DNA from: an uncultured Candidatus Rokubacteria bacterium
GTDB taxonomy: Bacteria > Methylomirabilota > Methylomirabilia > Rokubacteriales > DASRDR01
Direction of reading: 5' to 3'
DNA: 64,000 bases
Assembly (NCBI GenBank): GCA_963805625.1
Contig: CAWDVE010000010.1
Location: 1,984,001 to 2,048,000 of the forward strand
In this document: positions 1 to 9,768 of the stretch, piece by piece
Numbering within the stretch: position 1 is the stretch's first letter
Layout of the letters: each line of letters starts with the position of its first letter
The notes under the pieces: model-generated
What the model saw: the letters and a program-made list of their open reading frames with translations, nothing else
Told to the model about the DNA's origin: nothing
The model's database searches: none
Program-made: the position numbers and the translations under genes

Positions 1-59
1 CGCCGCGTAGTCCGCGCAGTACCAGCCGACGGGCCGTCTGCTCGCCGACGTGACGGTCG

Positions 60-1289
60 CTACGCGCGGCCCTTGACTAAGGCGATGAGCCGGCCGAGCA
101 CCCGCTCCCCGTCGGCGCGCAGACCATTGTGCTCGTACTCGTTCGTGATCCACGGACGCATGCCCCGGATCAGGGCTGCGGTCTCCATGGCGAAGTCGCG
201 CTCGACGTACAGGTCGTCGACGTAGATCGTCGCCGCCACGGGGACGTCGTTGTGGCGGAGACGGTCCGCGTCGTACAGCTTGGGCCACGGATGCTCGGCG
301 AGAAGCTCGGCGGCAGGCCGGTGCGGCCGCAGGCGGCCGCAGTCCTCCCACATCCACGGGAAGACGTGCTCGGCCGTGAAGTAGCCGTGCTCCTCCACCT
401 CGGCGGGGAGGACGCGGGCTGCTGACCACCGCGTCGGGTAGCCGTCGGCATAGCTCGACTCGTGGAGAGTCGCGTAGATCGGGTTCCTTCCCCACAGGTT
501 GCCAGCCTCGGTGTCATAGAGGAACGCCGGCGAGCCGAACGGCAGCTCGATGACGTGGTGGAGCAGCTCCCAGCCCGCACTGTCGCCGAGCCAGTTCCCC
601 AGCTGGCGGAACCGGCGAGCGGTGAGCCGATCCCCCGACGGGAGGCGAACGTCCTCGGCCTCGAGCCGCGTGAGGATCTCCCTGACCCTGGCCCGATCGT
701 CGGGATAGCGCTCGAGGTACGCGCGGTTCTTCTCGATGAGCCGGACCGACGTCGCGCTGTACACGTCGTCGGGCGGGCGCCCGACCGGCGACAGGCCGCC
801 CGTGATCAGCGCTTCGCGCAGCCCCTCGGGCGCGAATGACAGATAGGTCATCGACGTGAAGCCCCCGAAGCTCTGACCGAGGACGCTCCAGCGATCGACT
901 CCGAGCTCCCGGCGAATGTGCTCCGCGTCGCGGACAATGGAGTCGGCCCGGAAGTGCGTCAGGTAGTTGGCCTGTTCCTGCGGAGTTCGGCCGGGGATCT
1001 CAGGGCCGACCGGCGTCGATCGACCCGTCCCGCGCTGATCGAGGAGCAGGACCCGGTAGTCCTCGATGGCCCGTTTCATCCAGCCGGACGGCGGGCTCGT
1101 CGGTCGCGTCGCTTCGATGCCGGGGCCGCCCTGAAAGAAGACGAGATACGGGCGTGCTCCACCGTCCGGCGCGGCGACCTCGCGCGTGAAGACGGTGATC
1201 TTCGGCCCCTCCGGTCGCCCGTGATCGAGCGGGACCGAGTGCTCGCGCTCGGTCAGGATTGCGCCGGGGACGCGGTAAGTCGTGGTCAT
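60..1289 (-). CDS. Prolyl aminopeptidase-like alpha/beta hydrolase
   Basis: FFQGGPG, LLDQRGTGRS, FRADSIVRDAE, GQSFGG nucleophile motif, C-terminal EYEHNGL; start taken at MTTTYRVPG. Confidence 0.88.
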   Translation of the reverse strand: MTTTYRVPGAILTEREHSVPLDHGRPEGPKITVFTREVAAPDGGARPYLVFFQGGPGIEATRPTSPPSGWMKRAIEDYRVLLLDQRGTGRSTPVGPEIPGRTPQEQANYLTHFRADSIVRDAEHIRRELGVDRWSVLGQSFGGFTSMTYLSFAPEGLREALITGGLSPVGRPPDDVYSATSVRLIEKNRAYLERYPDDRARVREILTRLEAEDVRLPSGDRLTARRFRQLGNWLGDSAGWELLHHVIELPFGSPAFLYDTEAGNLWGRNPIYATLHESSYADGYPTRWSAARVLPAEVEEHGYFTAEHVFPWMWEDCGRLRPHRPAAELLAEHPWPKLYDADRLRHNDVPVAATIYVDDLYVERDFAMETAALIRGMRPWITNEYEHNGLRADGERVLGRLIALVKGRA

Positions 1290-1445
1290 CGATTCGCATC
1301 CGCGTGTGGACTCGCTGCGACGATCCGCAGTTCCACACTGCCGATACATCCGGGCCTGGTCACGATGGGATCCCCCCGTCATCGGCCGATCTTACCCGGA
1401 CTGCAAACGGGTCAGGGCCCGGCCGAGTTTTCGGACACTACGGCC

Positions 1446-2324
1446 TCAGCCCGGGGCTGGTGAGCCGATCGACATCCAACGCCGGAACAGCAGGGCCTCC
1501 TGCAAGGTCGCCTGGGCCTGCTCGGCACCGGGTAGGGGTGGCATCGGGGCCCGGCCCTCCGCGTGAGCCTTGAGATCCTCGAGGGCAACGTCGAGGCACC
1601 GCACGACGCGCGGCAGCAGGAGGCCCGGGAGAACGACCTGCCGGAATCCCATCACGGCGAGCTCGGCCGGCGGGAGCCAGGTCGGGCGCCCCTCGAACAC
1701 GGCGATCATCAGGTGCACACCGGCGAAGCGCCGGCCGACCTCGCGCAGGCCGGCCACGGTCGGCACGCCGGGAATGAAGATCCCGTGCGCCCCCGCACGC
1801 AGGTACCGGTCCGCCCGGCGCATCGCCGCCTCCAGCCCTTCCAGTTGGCAGGCGTCGCACCGGGCGATGATCTGGATCTCGGTGCCGCGCGTGGCCGTCA
1901 CGGCGACCTCGAGCTTTTGCACCATCTCGTCGATGGAGACCACGCCAACGGCGCCGGCATCGCCCGGCTGCTTGGCCGCTCTCACCTGGTCCTCGAGCAC
2001 GATTCCGCCGACACCCAGCCGCGCGTAGACCTCGACCATGCGGACGACGCTGCGGACGTCACCGTACCCGTCGTCCCCGTCCACCATGACCGGCAGGTCC
2101 GTCGCGGCGACGATGTCCTGGATCCCCGCCGCCATCTCCCCGAGCGCGGCGAGGCCCATGTCGGGGAGGCCGTAGCGGGCAGCGAGCAGGGCTGAGCCGC
2201 CGACAGCGATCGCGCGGAACCCGGCCCGAGCAATGAGCCGGGCGGTCAGGGCGTCGTGCGCCAGCGGCGTGACGAGCGGCCTCTCTTCCGCGACGAGGCG
2301 TCGGAGCGAGATTCGCTCGGCCAC
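1446..2324 (-). CDS. Isocitrate lyase/PEP mutase family protein with atypical active-site loop
   Basis: AHDALTARL, GLPDMGL, DGDDGYG, LEDQ, IIARCDA, GAHGIFIPG; GTG start inferred. Confidence 0.85.
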   Translation of the reverse strand: MAERISLRRLVAEERPLVTPLAHDALTARLIARAGFRAIAVGGSALLAARYGLPDMGLAALGEMAAGIQDIVAATDLPVMVDGDDGYGDVRSVVRMVEVYARLGVGGIVLEDQVRAAKQPGDAGAVGVVSIDEMVQKLEVAVTATRGTEIQIIARCDACQLEGLEAAMRRADRYLRAGAHGIFIPGVPTVAGLREVGRRFAGVHLMIAVFEGRPTWLPPAELAVMGFRQVVLPGLLLPRVVRCLDVALEDLKAHAEGRAPMPPLPGAEQAQATLQEALLFRRWMSIGSPAPG

Positions 2325-2332
2325 ACGACCCC

Positions 2333-2962
2333 CTATCGGATCCGCCGCGCAGCCGGGCGGTGGATCCATGGCCGCCGGGACCGGTCGGCCGCCTGGAACC
2401 GGTCGATCTCCGCCGTCCGGGCCAGCGTCAGGTCCACCTCGTCCAGGCCCAGCAGCAGGGCGCGGCGGCGGCTGTCCTGGATCGCGAACGGCAGGCGGGT
2501 GCCGCCCGGCGCGCCGACGGCGCACGCCTCGAGGTCGACGGTGAGGACCGGGGGGTGCTGGGCGGCGCTCTCCCGCGCGAGCGCGGCCACGTCGTCCGGC
2601 CCCAGCACGACGGGCAGGAGACCGTTCTTGAAGGAGTTCTCGAAGAAGATGTCGCCGAAGCTGGGGGCGATCACGCAGCGGATGCCGAAGCCCAGCAGCG
2701 CCCAGACCGCCTCCTCCCGTGAGCTACCGCAGCCGAAGTTCCGACCCGCTAGCAGGATGCAGGCCTCCCGGTAGGGCGCCTGGTTCAGGATGAAGGCGGG
2801 GTTCTCTGCGCCGTCCAGGGTGTAGCGCCAGCCGCCGAACAGCCCCTTGCCGAGATCCCGCCCGAAGTTGACGATCCACGGGACCGGGATGACCGCGTCC
2901 GTGTTGATGTTCTCCAGCAGCAGGGGCACTGCGATCCCGGTGAGCCTCTCGAACTTCTGCAT
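2333..2962 (-). CDS. leuD: 3-isopropylmalate dehydratase-like small subunit (LeuD family)
   Basis: NINTDAVIP, NFGCGSSREEA, APSFGDIFFENSFKNGLLP, LLLGLDE. Confidence 0.88.
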   Translation of the reverse strand: MQKFERLTGIAVPLLLENINTDAVIPVPWIVNFGRDLGKGLFGGWRYTLDGAENPAFILNQAPYREACILLAGRNFGCGSSREEAVWALLGFGIRCVIAPSFGDIFFENSFKNGLLPVVLGPDDVAALARESAAQHPPVLTVDLEACAVGAPGGTRLPFAIQDSRRRALLLGLDEVDLTLARTAEIDRFQAADRSRRPWIHRPAARRIR

Positions 2963-2985
2963 GTCCCCTCGCTCCGGAGCCGTCG

Positions 2986-4413
2986 CTAGCCGGTCAGGGT
3001 CCGCACGTCGACGATCGCGCCGCTCACCGCCGCGGCCGCCACGCTGGCCGGGCTGCCCAGGTGGGTCCGACTGCCCGGGCCCTGGCGGCCCTCGAAGTTC
3101 CGGTTGGACGTCGAGATGCACCGCTTGCCCGCCGGCACGACGTCGCCATTCCCGGCCACGCACATCGAGCAGCCCGCGGTCCGCCACTCGAAGCCGGCCT
3201 CCCGGAAAATCCGGTCCAGCCCCGCCTGCTCGGCCGCCCGCTTGACCTGCGTCGAGCCCGGCACCACCAGCGCGTGCACCCCCCGAGCAACTTTGCGGCC
3301 CCGCACGACCTCGGCCGCCGCGACCAGGTCGGAGTAGCGGCTGTTGGTGCAGGAGCCGATGAAGGCGTAGTCGATCGCGGTGCCCGCCAGCGGGGCCCCG
3401 GGAACCAGCCCCATGTAGGCGAGCGCCTGCTCGAGGGATCGACGTCGGACCGGATCCGCCTCCGCGGCCGGGTCGGGGACGTGCCCGTCCACCGCGATCA
3501 CGTCCTGCGGGCTCGTGCCCCAGGTCACCTGCGGCGTGACCCGGGCGCAGTCGAACACGCTTTCCACGTCGAACCTCGCGCCGTCGTCGGACCGAAGCAC
3601 GCGCCAGGAGGCCACGGCCTCGTCCCACTCGCGTCCCCTCGGCGCGAACTCACGCCCCGCGAGGTAGTCGAACGTCCGGTCGTCGGGGGCGACCAGGCCA
3701 GCCCGCGCGCCCAGCTCGATCGACATGTTGCAGATCGTCAGCCGCTCCTCGATGGAGAGCTGCGCGATCGCAGGACCGGCATACTCCACGGTGTGGCCCC
3801 GGCCGGCTGCGGTGCCGAGCTGGCCGATCACGTACAGGATGAGGTCCTTCGCGAAGACACCGGGGCCGCGACGGCCGTCGAACCACAGCCGCATCGCCTT
3901 CGGCCTGCGCTGGACGATCGTCTGCGTGGCCAGGACGTGCTCGACCTCGGACGCCCCGATGCCCCACGCCAGCGCGCCGAGGCCGCCGTTGCTGGAGGTA
4001 TGGCTGTCGCCGCAGACGAGCGTGCATCCGGGCAGGGCGATCCCCAGCTCGGGGCCGATCACGTGGACGATCCCTTGTCGGACGTCGTCGATGTCGAAGT
4101 GGGTGACCCCGAACTCCTCGCAGTTCCGGCGCCACATGCGGATGAACGGGAGGCCGGCCGGATTGGTGTCGTCCGCGCGGTCCGGGCTGGTGGCGACGAT
4201 GTGGTCGACCACCGCGAACGTCAGCTCCGGGCTCCGGACGGGGATCCGCCGCCGGCGCAGCCCGTCGAACGCGCGGTAGCTCGTCACCTCGTGCACGAGG
4301 TGCCGGTCCACATGGAGCAGGAAGGCTCCGTTCCCCAGGTCGGCGACGACGTGCTCGTCCCAGATCTTGTCGAGGAGCGTGCGGGGAGAGCCGGCGGCGG
4401 GCGTGTCAGTCAT
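2986..4413 (-). CDS. leuC: 3-isopropylmalate dehydratase-like large subunit (LeuC/aconitase family)
   Basis: [36 protein letters not shown]. Confidence 0.9.
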   Translation of the reverse strand: MTDTPAAGSPRTLLDKIWDEHVVADLGNGAFLLHVDRHLVHEVTSYRAFDGLRRRRIPVRSPELTFAVVDHIVATSPDRADDTNPAGLPFIRMWRRNCEEFGVTHFDIDDVRQGIVHVIGPELGIALPGCTLVCGDSHTSSNGGLGALAWGIGASEVEHVLATQTIVQRRPKAMRLWFDGRRGPGVFAKDLILYVIGQLGTAAGRGHTVEYAGPAIAQLSIEERLTICNMSIELGARAGLVAPDDRTFDYLAGREFAPRGREWDEAVASWRVLRSDDGARFDVESVFDCARVTPQVTWGTSPQDVIAVDGHVPDPAAEADPVRRRSLEQALAYMGLVPGAPLAGTAIDYAFIGSCTNSRYSDLVAAAEVVRGRKVARGVHALVVPGSTQVKRAAEQAGLDRIFREAGFEWRTAGCSMCVAGNGDVVPAGKRCISTSNRNFEGRQGPGSRTHLGSPASVAAAAVSGAIVDVRTLTG

Positions 4414-4487
4414 CGATGGTCACGGTTCCTCCCGCGCCTCCCCCGGCCAGCTCGAGCCTCCGAGGGGCCGCACTGGGGCGCCAGGCC

Positions 4488-5369
4488 TCAGTGGCCCGTC
4501 CACGATTCGGCGCCGCGCCGCCAGTGCAGCATCCGCCGCTCCAGTAGCGCGAGCGCCCCGTTGAAGATCATGGCCAGGATCATCAGGATCGCCAGGGCCG
4601 TGATGGACCCCGCGATGTCATAGACCCCGCTCGTGTGCATGACGTACCAGCCGAGCCCCCGGGCGGAGCCGACCATCTCGCCCACCACCGCACCGATCAG
4701 CGCCATACCGATTCCGATCCGGACGGCGGCGAGCAGCCAGGGCACGAGAGACGGCACGACGACGTAGCGCACCATGGCGCCGCGCGAGGCGTTCATGCTC
4801 CGGAACGCGTCGACCACCTCCCGGTCGATCCCCCGCACGCCCTCGCGCACGTTGAACAGCACGACGAACAGCACGATCGACGCCACCAGGGCGACCTTCG
4901 CGAACAGGCCGATCCCGAGCCAGATGATGAACAGCGGCGCCAGCGAGACGCGGGGCAGGCTGTAGAAGCCCATGATGACCGGATCCACCGCGTCCGACAG
5001 CCGCCGCCAGCTCCCCAGCACCACGCCGCCGACCACGCCGACGGCCACCCCGGCGACCAGCCCCACGAGCGCTTCCTTCAGGGTCTCCCAGGTGTGCAGC
5101 CAGAGCGAGCCATCGCCCGCCATCGACCACACGCGGCCCGCCACCTCCACGGGGCTGCTGATCCACTTCCCCCCGCTCCACCCCATGGCCAGCACCTGCC
5201 ACGCGACGAGCGGGATGAGGACCGCGACGGCGCGATCGACGGTCAGCCGCCGCCGCACATGGCGGGCGAGGGCCGCGCGCCGCGCCTCGAACGCGTCGCC
5301 GGCCTCCGGGAGGGCGCCCACCGGCGCCCGGGCGCCGCCCGCACCCGGCTCAGGCGTGGCCGTCGTCAC
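4488..5369 (-). CDS. NitT/TauT-type ABC transporter permease
   Basis: Hydrophobic helices, PRVSLAPLFIIWLG, GAVVGEM; GTG start inferred. Confidence 0.85.
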   Translation of the reverse strand: MTTATPEPGAGGARAPVGALPEAGDAFEARRAALARHVRRRLTVDRAVAVLIPLVAWQVLAMGWSGGKWISSPVEVAGRVWSMAGDGSLWLHTWETLKEALVGLVAGVAVGVVGGVVLGSWRRLSDAVDPVIMGFYSLPRVSLAPLFIIWLGIGLFAKVALVASIVLFVVLFNVREGVRGIDREVVDAFRSMNASRGAMVRYVVVPSLVPWLLAAVRIGIGMALIGAVVGEMVGSARGLGWYVMHTSGVYDIAGSITALAILMILAMIFNGALALLERRMLHWRRGAESWTGH

Positions 5370-6186
5370 CGAGCACTCCCTGCATCTCCCGTCGCAGGAT
5401 CTCCCAGATGCGCCCCTGGAGATCACGGAACCGGGGCTCGAAGCGGGACCCGTAGTAGTCGCGCGGCCGCGGCAGGTCGATCACGAAGTTGGCCGCGATC
5501 CGGCCGGGAGACGCCGTCATGACCAGCACGCGGTCCGCCATGGCGATGGCCTCGTCGATGTCGTGCGTCACGATCAGCACCGTCTGGCCGAGCGTCTCCA
5601 GGACCCGGAGGAAGCGGTTCCCCACGTAGATGCGCGTCTGGGCGTCGAGCGCCGAGAAGGGCTCGTCGAGCAGGAACACGGTCGGCTCGTACGCCATCGT
5701 TCGTGCCAAGGCAACCCGCTTGCGCATGCCGCCTGACAGCTCCGCCGGATACTTGTGGAGCGCCTGCCCCAGGCCGATGTCGACGAGGAGGGCCTCCGCG
5801 CGCCGTCCCGCCTCGCCCGGGGCCTTCCCCGCGAGGATCGCGCCGATCGCCACGTTCTCCCTGGCGGTCTTCCACGGCAGCAGCGCGTCAGACTGGAACA
5901 GGAACCCGATGCCCGGCGGCACCCGGGTAACAACCCGGTCGTCGATCCGCACCGTGCCCTGCGTGGCCGCGAGCAGGCCGCACACCACCCGCAGCAGCGT
6001 GCTCTTCCCACAGCCGCTCGGGCCGAGGATGGCAACGAACTCGCCGGGCGCCACCCGGACCGACACCCCGGAGAGGGCCAGGTTCGAGCGCTGCTGCTGG
6101 GTGGACGCCGCGAAGCGGACTGAAATGCCGTCGACGTCGATCTTCGCGACGCCCGCCGTCGTCTCGGTCCCCCGCGCCGGGGTCAC
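5350..6186 (-). CDS. NitT/TauT-type ABC transporter ATP-binding protein
   Basis: GPSGCGKST, LSGGMRKRV, LLDEPFSALD. Confidence 0.92.
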   Translation of the reverse strand: MTPARGTETTAGVAKIDVDGISVRFAASTQQQRSNLALSGVSVRVAPGEFVAILGPSGCGKSTLLRVVCGLLAATQGTVRIDDRVVTRVPPGIGFLFQSDALLPWKTARENVAIGAILAGKAPGEAGRRAEALLVDIGLGQALHKYPAELSGGMRKRVALARTMAYEPTVFLLDEPFSALDAQTRIYVGNRFLRVLETLGQTVLIVTHDIDEAIAMADRVLVMTASPGRIAANFVIDLPRPRDYYGSRFEPRFRDLQGRIWEILRREMQGVLGDDGHA

Positions 6187-6232
6187 CGGGCCGTGGCTCG
6201 TGCTGATGGTGCAACCGCCCCGCGCGGCGGTC

Positions 6233-7210
6233 CTACTTGACCGGGAGACGCACGACCAGCGTGTCGAAGGCAGGCATCTCCGCCTTGCTGACCCGTCCTG
6301 AGCCCACCAGGATGTCCACCGCCTGGTCGTAAAGCTCCCGGGTCATGTCGCCGTCGCCCTTCCAGTACACCTTGGCCGCGAAGTCCAGCTGCTGCGACAG
6401 CTCCTGGGGCGAGATGGTGGGGTAGGACTGCCTCGCCATCTTCATCGCGAACTCGCGGTCGGTCTTGAACCGGTGGATCACCGCCTTCATCGCCGACTGG
6501 AACCGGATGAACTTCTCCGGATTCTCTTCCAGGTCCTTGGTGCGCGCGATCGAGACGAGGTTCGGGAACTGCATGGCCTCCCAGTCCCCCACGACCCGCG
6601 CCATGCCGGAGTCGATCGCCTTGGTCAGGAACGGCCGCACCAGTACGGCGGCGTCGACCCGAGCGTTCTCTAGGCCGGCATAGAGGTTCGCGGGCGACCC
6701 GAGCGCGATCAGCGTGACGTCCCGGTCGGGATTGAGACCCGCCTTGTTCAACGCCCAGCGCATCAGCATGTCCGAGGAGGAGCCGGGACCGGAGATCCCG
6801 ACGGTCTTTCCCCGGAGATCGGCCACGGTCTTGATGTCGGACTTGGCCGACGCCACCAGCGACCAGTTCATCGAATGCAGGATCACGCCGAACGTCTTGG
6901 CATCGACCAGCTTCTTCGCCGCGAACCCGACCGGCTTGTCAAAACCGGACGTCATGATGTCCCCGTGGCCGCCCGCGAAGATCTGGCCGGCCTCGCCCCC
7001 GCCCTGGATCTGCAGCGTCTCGACCTGGAGACCGTACTCGGCGCCGAGCGTCTTCAGCGCGGTGACGGGCAGACTGTGGAACGCCGGCGTGGCCTCGATG
7101 ATGGAGATCTTGATCGGCTTAGCCGGCTGCGCGTCCGCCCACGGCGCCGTCACCATCGCCAGCGCCGTCACGGCCAGGGTAGCTAGAATCCTTACGGGGT
7201 GCGCTCGCAT
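6233..7210 (-). CDS. NMT1/SsuA-type ABC substrate-binding protein
   Basis: Signal peptide, DLRGKTVGISGPGSSS, GLNPDRDV; first gene of the ABC operon. Confidence 0.85.
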   Translation of the reverse strand: MRAHPVRILATLAVTALAMVTAPWADAQPAKPIKISIIEATPAFHSLPVTALKTLGAEYGLQVETLQIQGGGEAGQIFAGGHGDIMTSGFDKPVGFAAKKLVDAKTFGVILHSMNWSLVASAKSDIKTVADLRGKTVGISGPGSSSDMLMRWALNKAGLNPDRDVTLIALGSPANLYAGLENARVDAAVLVRPFLTKAIDSGMARVVGDWEAMQFPNLVSIARTKDLEENPEKFIRFQSAMKAVIHRFKTDREFAMKMARQSYPTISPQELSQQLDFAAKVYWKGDGDMTRELYDQAVDILVGSGRVSKAEMPAFDTLVVRLPVK

Positions 7211-7318
7211 CGTCCCCTCCACGGTCTCTCCGGCTTCGGCTGTCACGTCGCTCTCACTCCATCGTACAGGTCCCGCACGCCCGTCGAGGTAGATGACGTC
7301 AGCGGCACCGGCGCGAGC

Positions 7319-7347
7319 ACGATAGCAACGGCTGCGAGAGGGGTCAA
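7319..7347 (-). promoter_or_regulatory. Putative sigma70 promoter of the ABC-leuCD-lyase operon
   Basis: TTGACC-17 nt-TATCGT on the minus strand. Confidence 0.55.
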
Positions 7348-7402
7348 GGCAACCGCCCGCGCCGGGCTTCCGTCCGGGCCCGCGGTGGGCCCCGGGGACG
7401 AC

Positions 7403-8767
7403 CTACGTCAGGAGCGCGAGGGGCTCGTCGACCAACTCGGCGAGGGCCGCGAGGAACTGGGCGCCCCGGGCGCCATCCAGCGCGCGGTGGTCGCAGGACA
7501 GGGTCAGCACCATCATCGGCTGGACGGCCGGCTGGTTGTTGACGGGCACGACCCGGTCGACGATGCGGCCGACGGCGAGGATGGCGGCCTGTGGCGGGTT
7601 CACGATGGCGGTGAACCCGTCGACGCCGTACATCCCGAGGTTGCTGATCGTGAAACTGCCGCCCTGAATATCAGCCGGGCGCAGCCGGCCGGCCTGGGCG
7701 CGGCCCACCAGGGCTTCCCGCTGGGCCACCAGCTCGGTGAGGCCGAGCGTGTCGGCGCGGTGGATGACGGGCACCACGAGGCCGTCGTCCGTGGCCACCG
7801 CCAGGCCGATGTTGATCTCAGCGTGCCGCACGATGGCGCCGTCCCGCCACGACGCGTTCACGCCCGGGTGCCGCGCGATGGCGGCGGCGACGAGCTTCAC
7901 GAGCAGGTCCGTGTAGGTGACCCGGACCCCGGTCTGCTTGACTGCCCGCTCGCGCCACGCGACCAGGCGGCTCGCATTGACCTCGCGGACGAGGTGGAAC
8001 TGGGGGGCCGTCGTCCAGCTGGCCGTCATGCGCTCGACCATGACCCGCCAGATGGTGCCGACGCGTGGCGCGTCGGCGGCGGGCACGGACGCCGCCGCGG
8101 CAGCGACGTCGACGGCCGGCGCCCGGGGACGCTCGGCGGCCAGGACGTCGGCCACGAGAACGGCGCCCCCGGGGCCCGAGCCATTGAGGTCCGCGACGTC
8201 GAGGCCGCGCTCGGCGGCGAGCCGCCGGGCCTTGGGCGAGGCCGGCAGGAGCCGGAGCGCCGGCCCACCAGTCGTCCCCGGCGCGGCCCGGCGCTCGACG
8301 TAGGCGAGGACGTCCGCCTTCTCGATTCGCCCGCTGCTCGACGTCACCTGCGCGAGATCCACGCCGTGCTGCTCCGCGACCTTCCGGGCCAGCGGCGACA
8401 CCCGCACGCTCGCGGCCGGGGCGGCGGGGCGGGCAGCCGCCGCGGCGGGCGGCGCGGACGGGCTGGCGACGGTCGGCGGCACCGGTCTCGCCGCCGGGCC
8501 GGTCCCGGGGCCGGCCGCCCCGGTCTCGTCGGCTCCGAAAATCAACGCGATCGTCCGGCCGACGGGGATCACGTCGCCCTCCCGCGCGGTCACGTCGCGG
8601 AGCACGCCGGAAGCCGGCGCCTCGATCTCGACGGTGGCCTTGTCGGTCTCGATCTCCACGATCGGCTCGCCCTTCCGCACCGTGTCGCCGGGAGCCTTCA
8701 GCCAGTGCAGGACCTTGCCGGAGTCCTGCGCCAGCTCGAGCGCCGGCATGATGACGCTGGCCGGCAT
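7403..8767 (-). CDS. Dihydrolipoamide acyltransferase (E2) of a 2-oxoacid/acetoin dehydrogenase
   Basis: Lipoyl motif ETDKAT, two E3-binding repeats (SPLARK, SPKARR), catalytic DHRALDG. Confidence 0.92.
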   Translation of the reverse strand: MPASVIMPALELAQDSGKVLHWLKAPGDTVRKGEPIVEIETDKATVEIEAPASGVLRDVTAREGDVIPVGRTIALIFGADETGAAGPGTGPAARPVPPTVASPSAPPAAAAARPAAPAASVRVSPLARKVAEQHGVDLAQVTSSSGRIEKADVLAYVERRAAPGTTGGPALRLLPASPKARRLAAERGLDVADLNGSGPGGAVLVADVLAAERPRAPAVDVAAAAASVPAADAPRVGTIWRVMVERMTASWTTAPQFHLVREVNASRLVAWRERAVKQTGVRVTYTDLLVKLVAAAIARHPGVNASWRDGAIVRHAEINIGLAVATDDGLVVPVIHRADTLGLTELVAQREALVGRAQAGRLRPADIQGGSFTISNLGMYGVDGFTAIVNPPQAAILAVGRIVDRVVPVNNQPAVQPMMVLTLSCDHRALDGARGAQFLAALAELVDEPLALLT

Positions 8768-9768
8768 CAGATGTTCCGGCAGAGGGCCACGGCCGTCTCG
8801 AAGACCGTCTTCTCCGTCGGCACCGTGAGGTCCTCGAGGACCGGCGAGAACGGCACCGGCACGTCCATGGCGCCCATGCGCTTGACTGGCGCGTCGAGGT
8901 AGTAGAAGGCGCCATCGGCGATCACCGACGCGATCTCGGCGGTAACGCCGTAACGCTCGTAGCCCTCGTCGACGACGAGGGCCCGCGAGGTTTTTTTCGC
9001 GGAGGCGATCAGCGTCTCCTTGTCGAGGGGCGCGGTCGTCCGCGGATCGATCACCTCGGCGCTGATTCCGGTGTCCTCGAGGAGCTTGGCGGCGCCCAGC
9101 GCCACCTGCACCATGCTGCTGGTGGCGACGATGGTGATGTCGCGCCCGGCACGCTTGACGTCGGCCACCCCGAACGGGATCGTGAAGTCGCCCTCGGCCA
9201 CCGGGCCCTTCATGCGGTACATCATCTTGTCCTCGAAGATGACGACCGGGCTGTCGTCGCGGATCGCCGCCTTCATCAGGCCCTTGGCGTCGTGGGGCGT
9301 CGACGGCAGCGCCACCTTGAGCCCGGGGACGTGGCTGACCCACGCCTGAAGGGACTGCGAGTGCTGGGCGGCCGAGCGGCGAGTGGCGCCCAGCGTCGTC
9401 CGGAAGACGATGGGCACCTTGATCTTGCCGCCCGACATGTAGTGCGCCTTGGCGGCTTGGTTCACCATCTGGTCCATCGTCAGCGTGATGAAGTCGCCGA
9501 ACATGATGTCGACGATGGGGCGCATGCCGGTCATGGCCGCGCCTACGCCGATCCCGGCATAGCCGGGCTCGGAGATCGGCGTGTCGATGATCCGATCGGT
9601 TCCGAACTCCTGCACCAGCCCGAGCAGCACCTTGAAGGGATGGCCGGCCTCGGCGACGTCCTCGCCGATCACGAACACGCGCGTGTCCCGGCGCATCTCC
9701 TCGGCGATCGCCTCGCGGACCGCCTCGCCGTACGTCAGCTCTCGCACCCCGGCTTCAGGCGTAGACAT
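8767..9768 (-). CDS. 2-oxoacid/acetoin dehydrogenase E1 beta subunit
   Basis: IGEDV, DTPISE, AQHSQS, EVIDPRT. Confidence 0.92.
   Translation of the reverse strand: MSTPEAGVRELTYGEAVREAIAEEMRRDTRVFVIGEDVAEAGHPFKVLLGLVQEFGTDRIIDTPISEPGYAGIGVGAAMTGMRPIVDIMFGDFITLTMDQMVNQAAKAHYMSGGKIKVPIVFRTTLGATRRSAAQHSQSLQAWVSHVPGLKVALPSTPHDAKGLMKAAIRDDSPVVIFEDKMMYRMKGPVAEGDFTIPFGVADVKRAGRDITIVATSSMVQVALGAAKLLEDTGISAEVIDPRTTAPLDKETLIASAKKTSRALVVDEGYERYGVTAEIASVIADGAFYYLDAPVKRMGAMDVPVPFSPVLEDLTVPTEKTVFETAVALCRNI

Noticed and set aside
2333-4413. Leucine biosynthesis operon
   Set aside because: No leuA/leuB; importer and lyase context and a second paralogous pair point to catabolism, so the symbols denote family only
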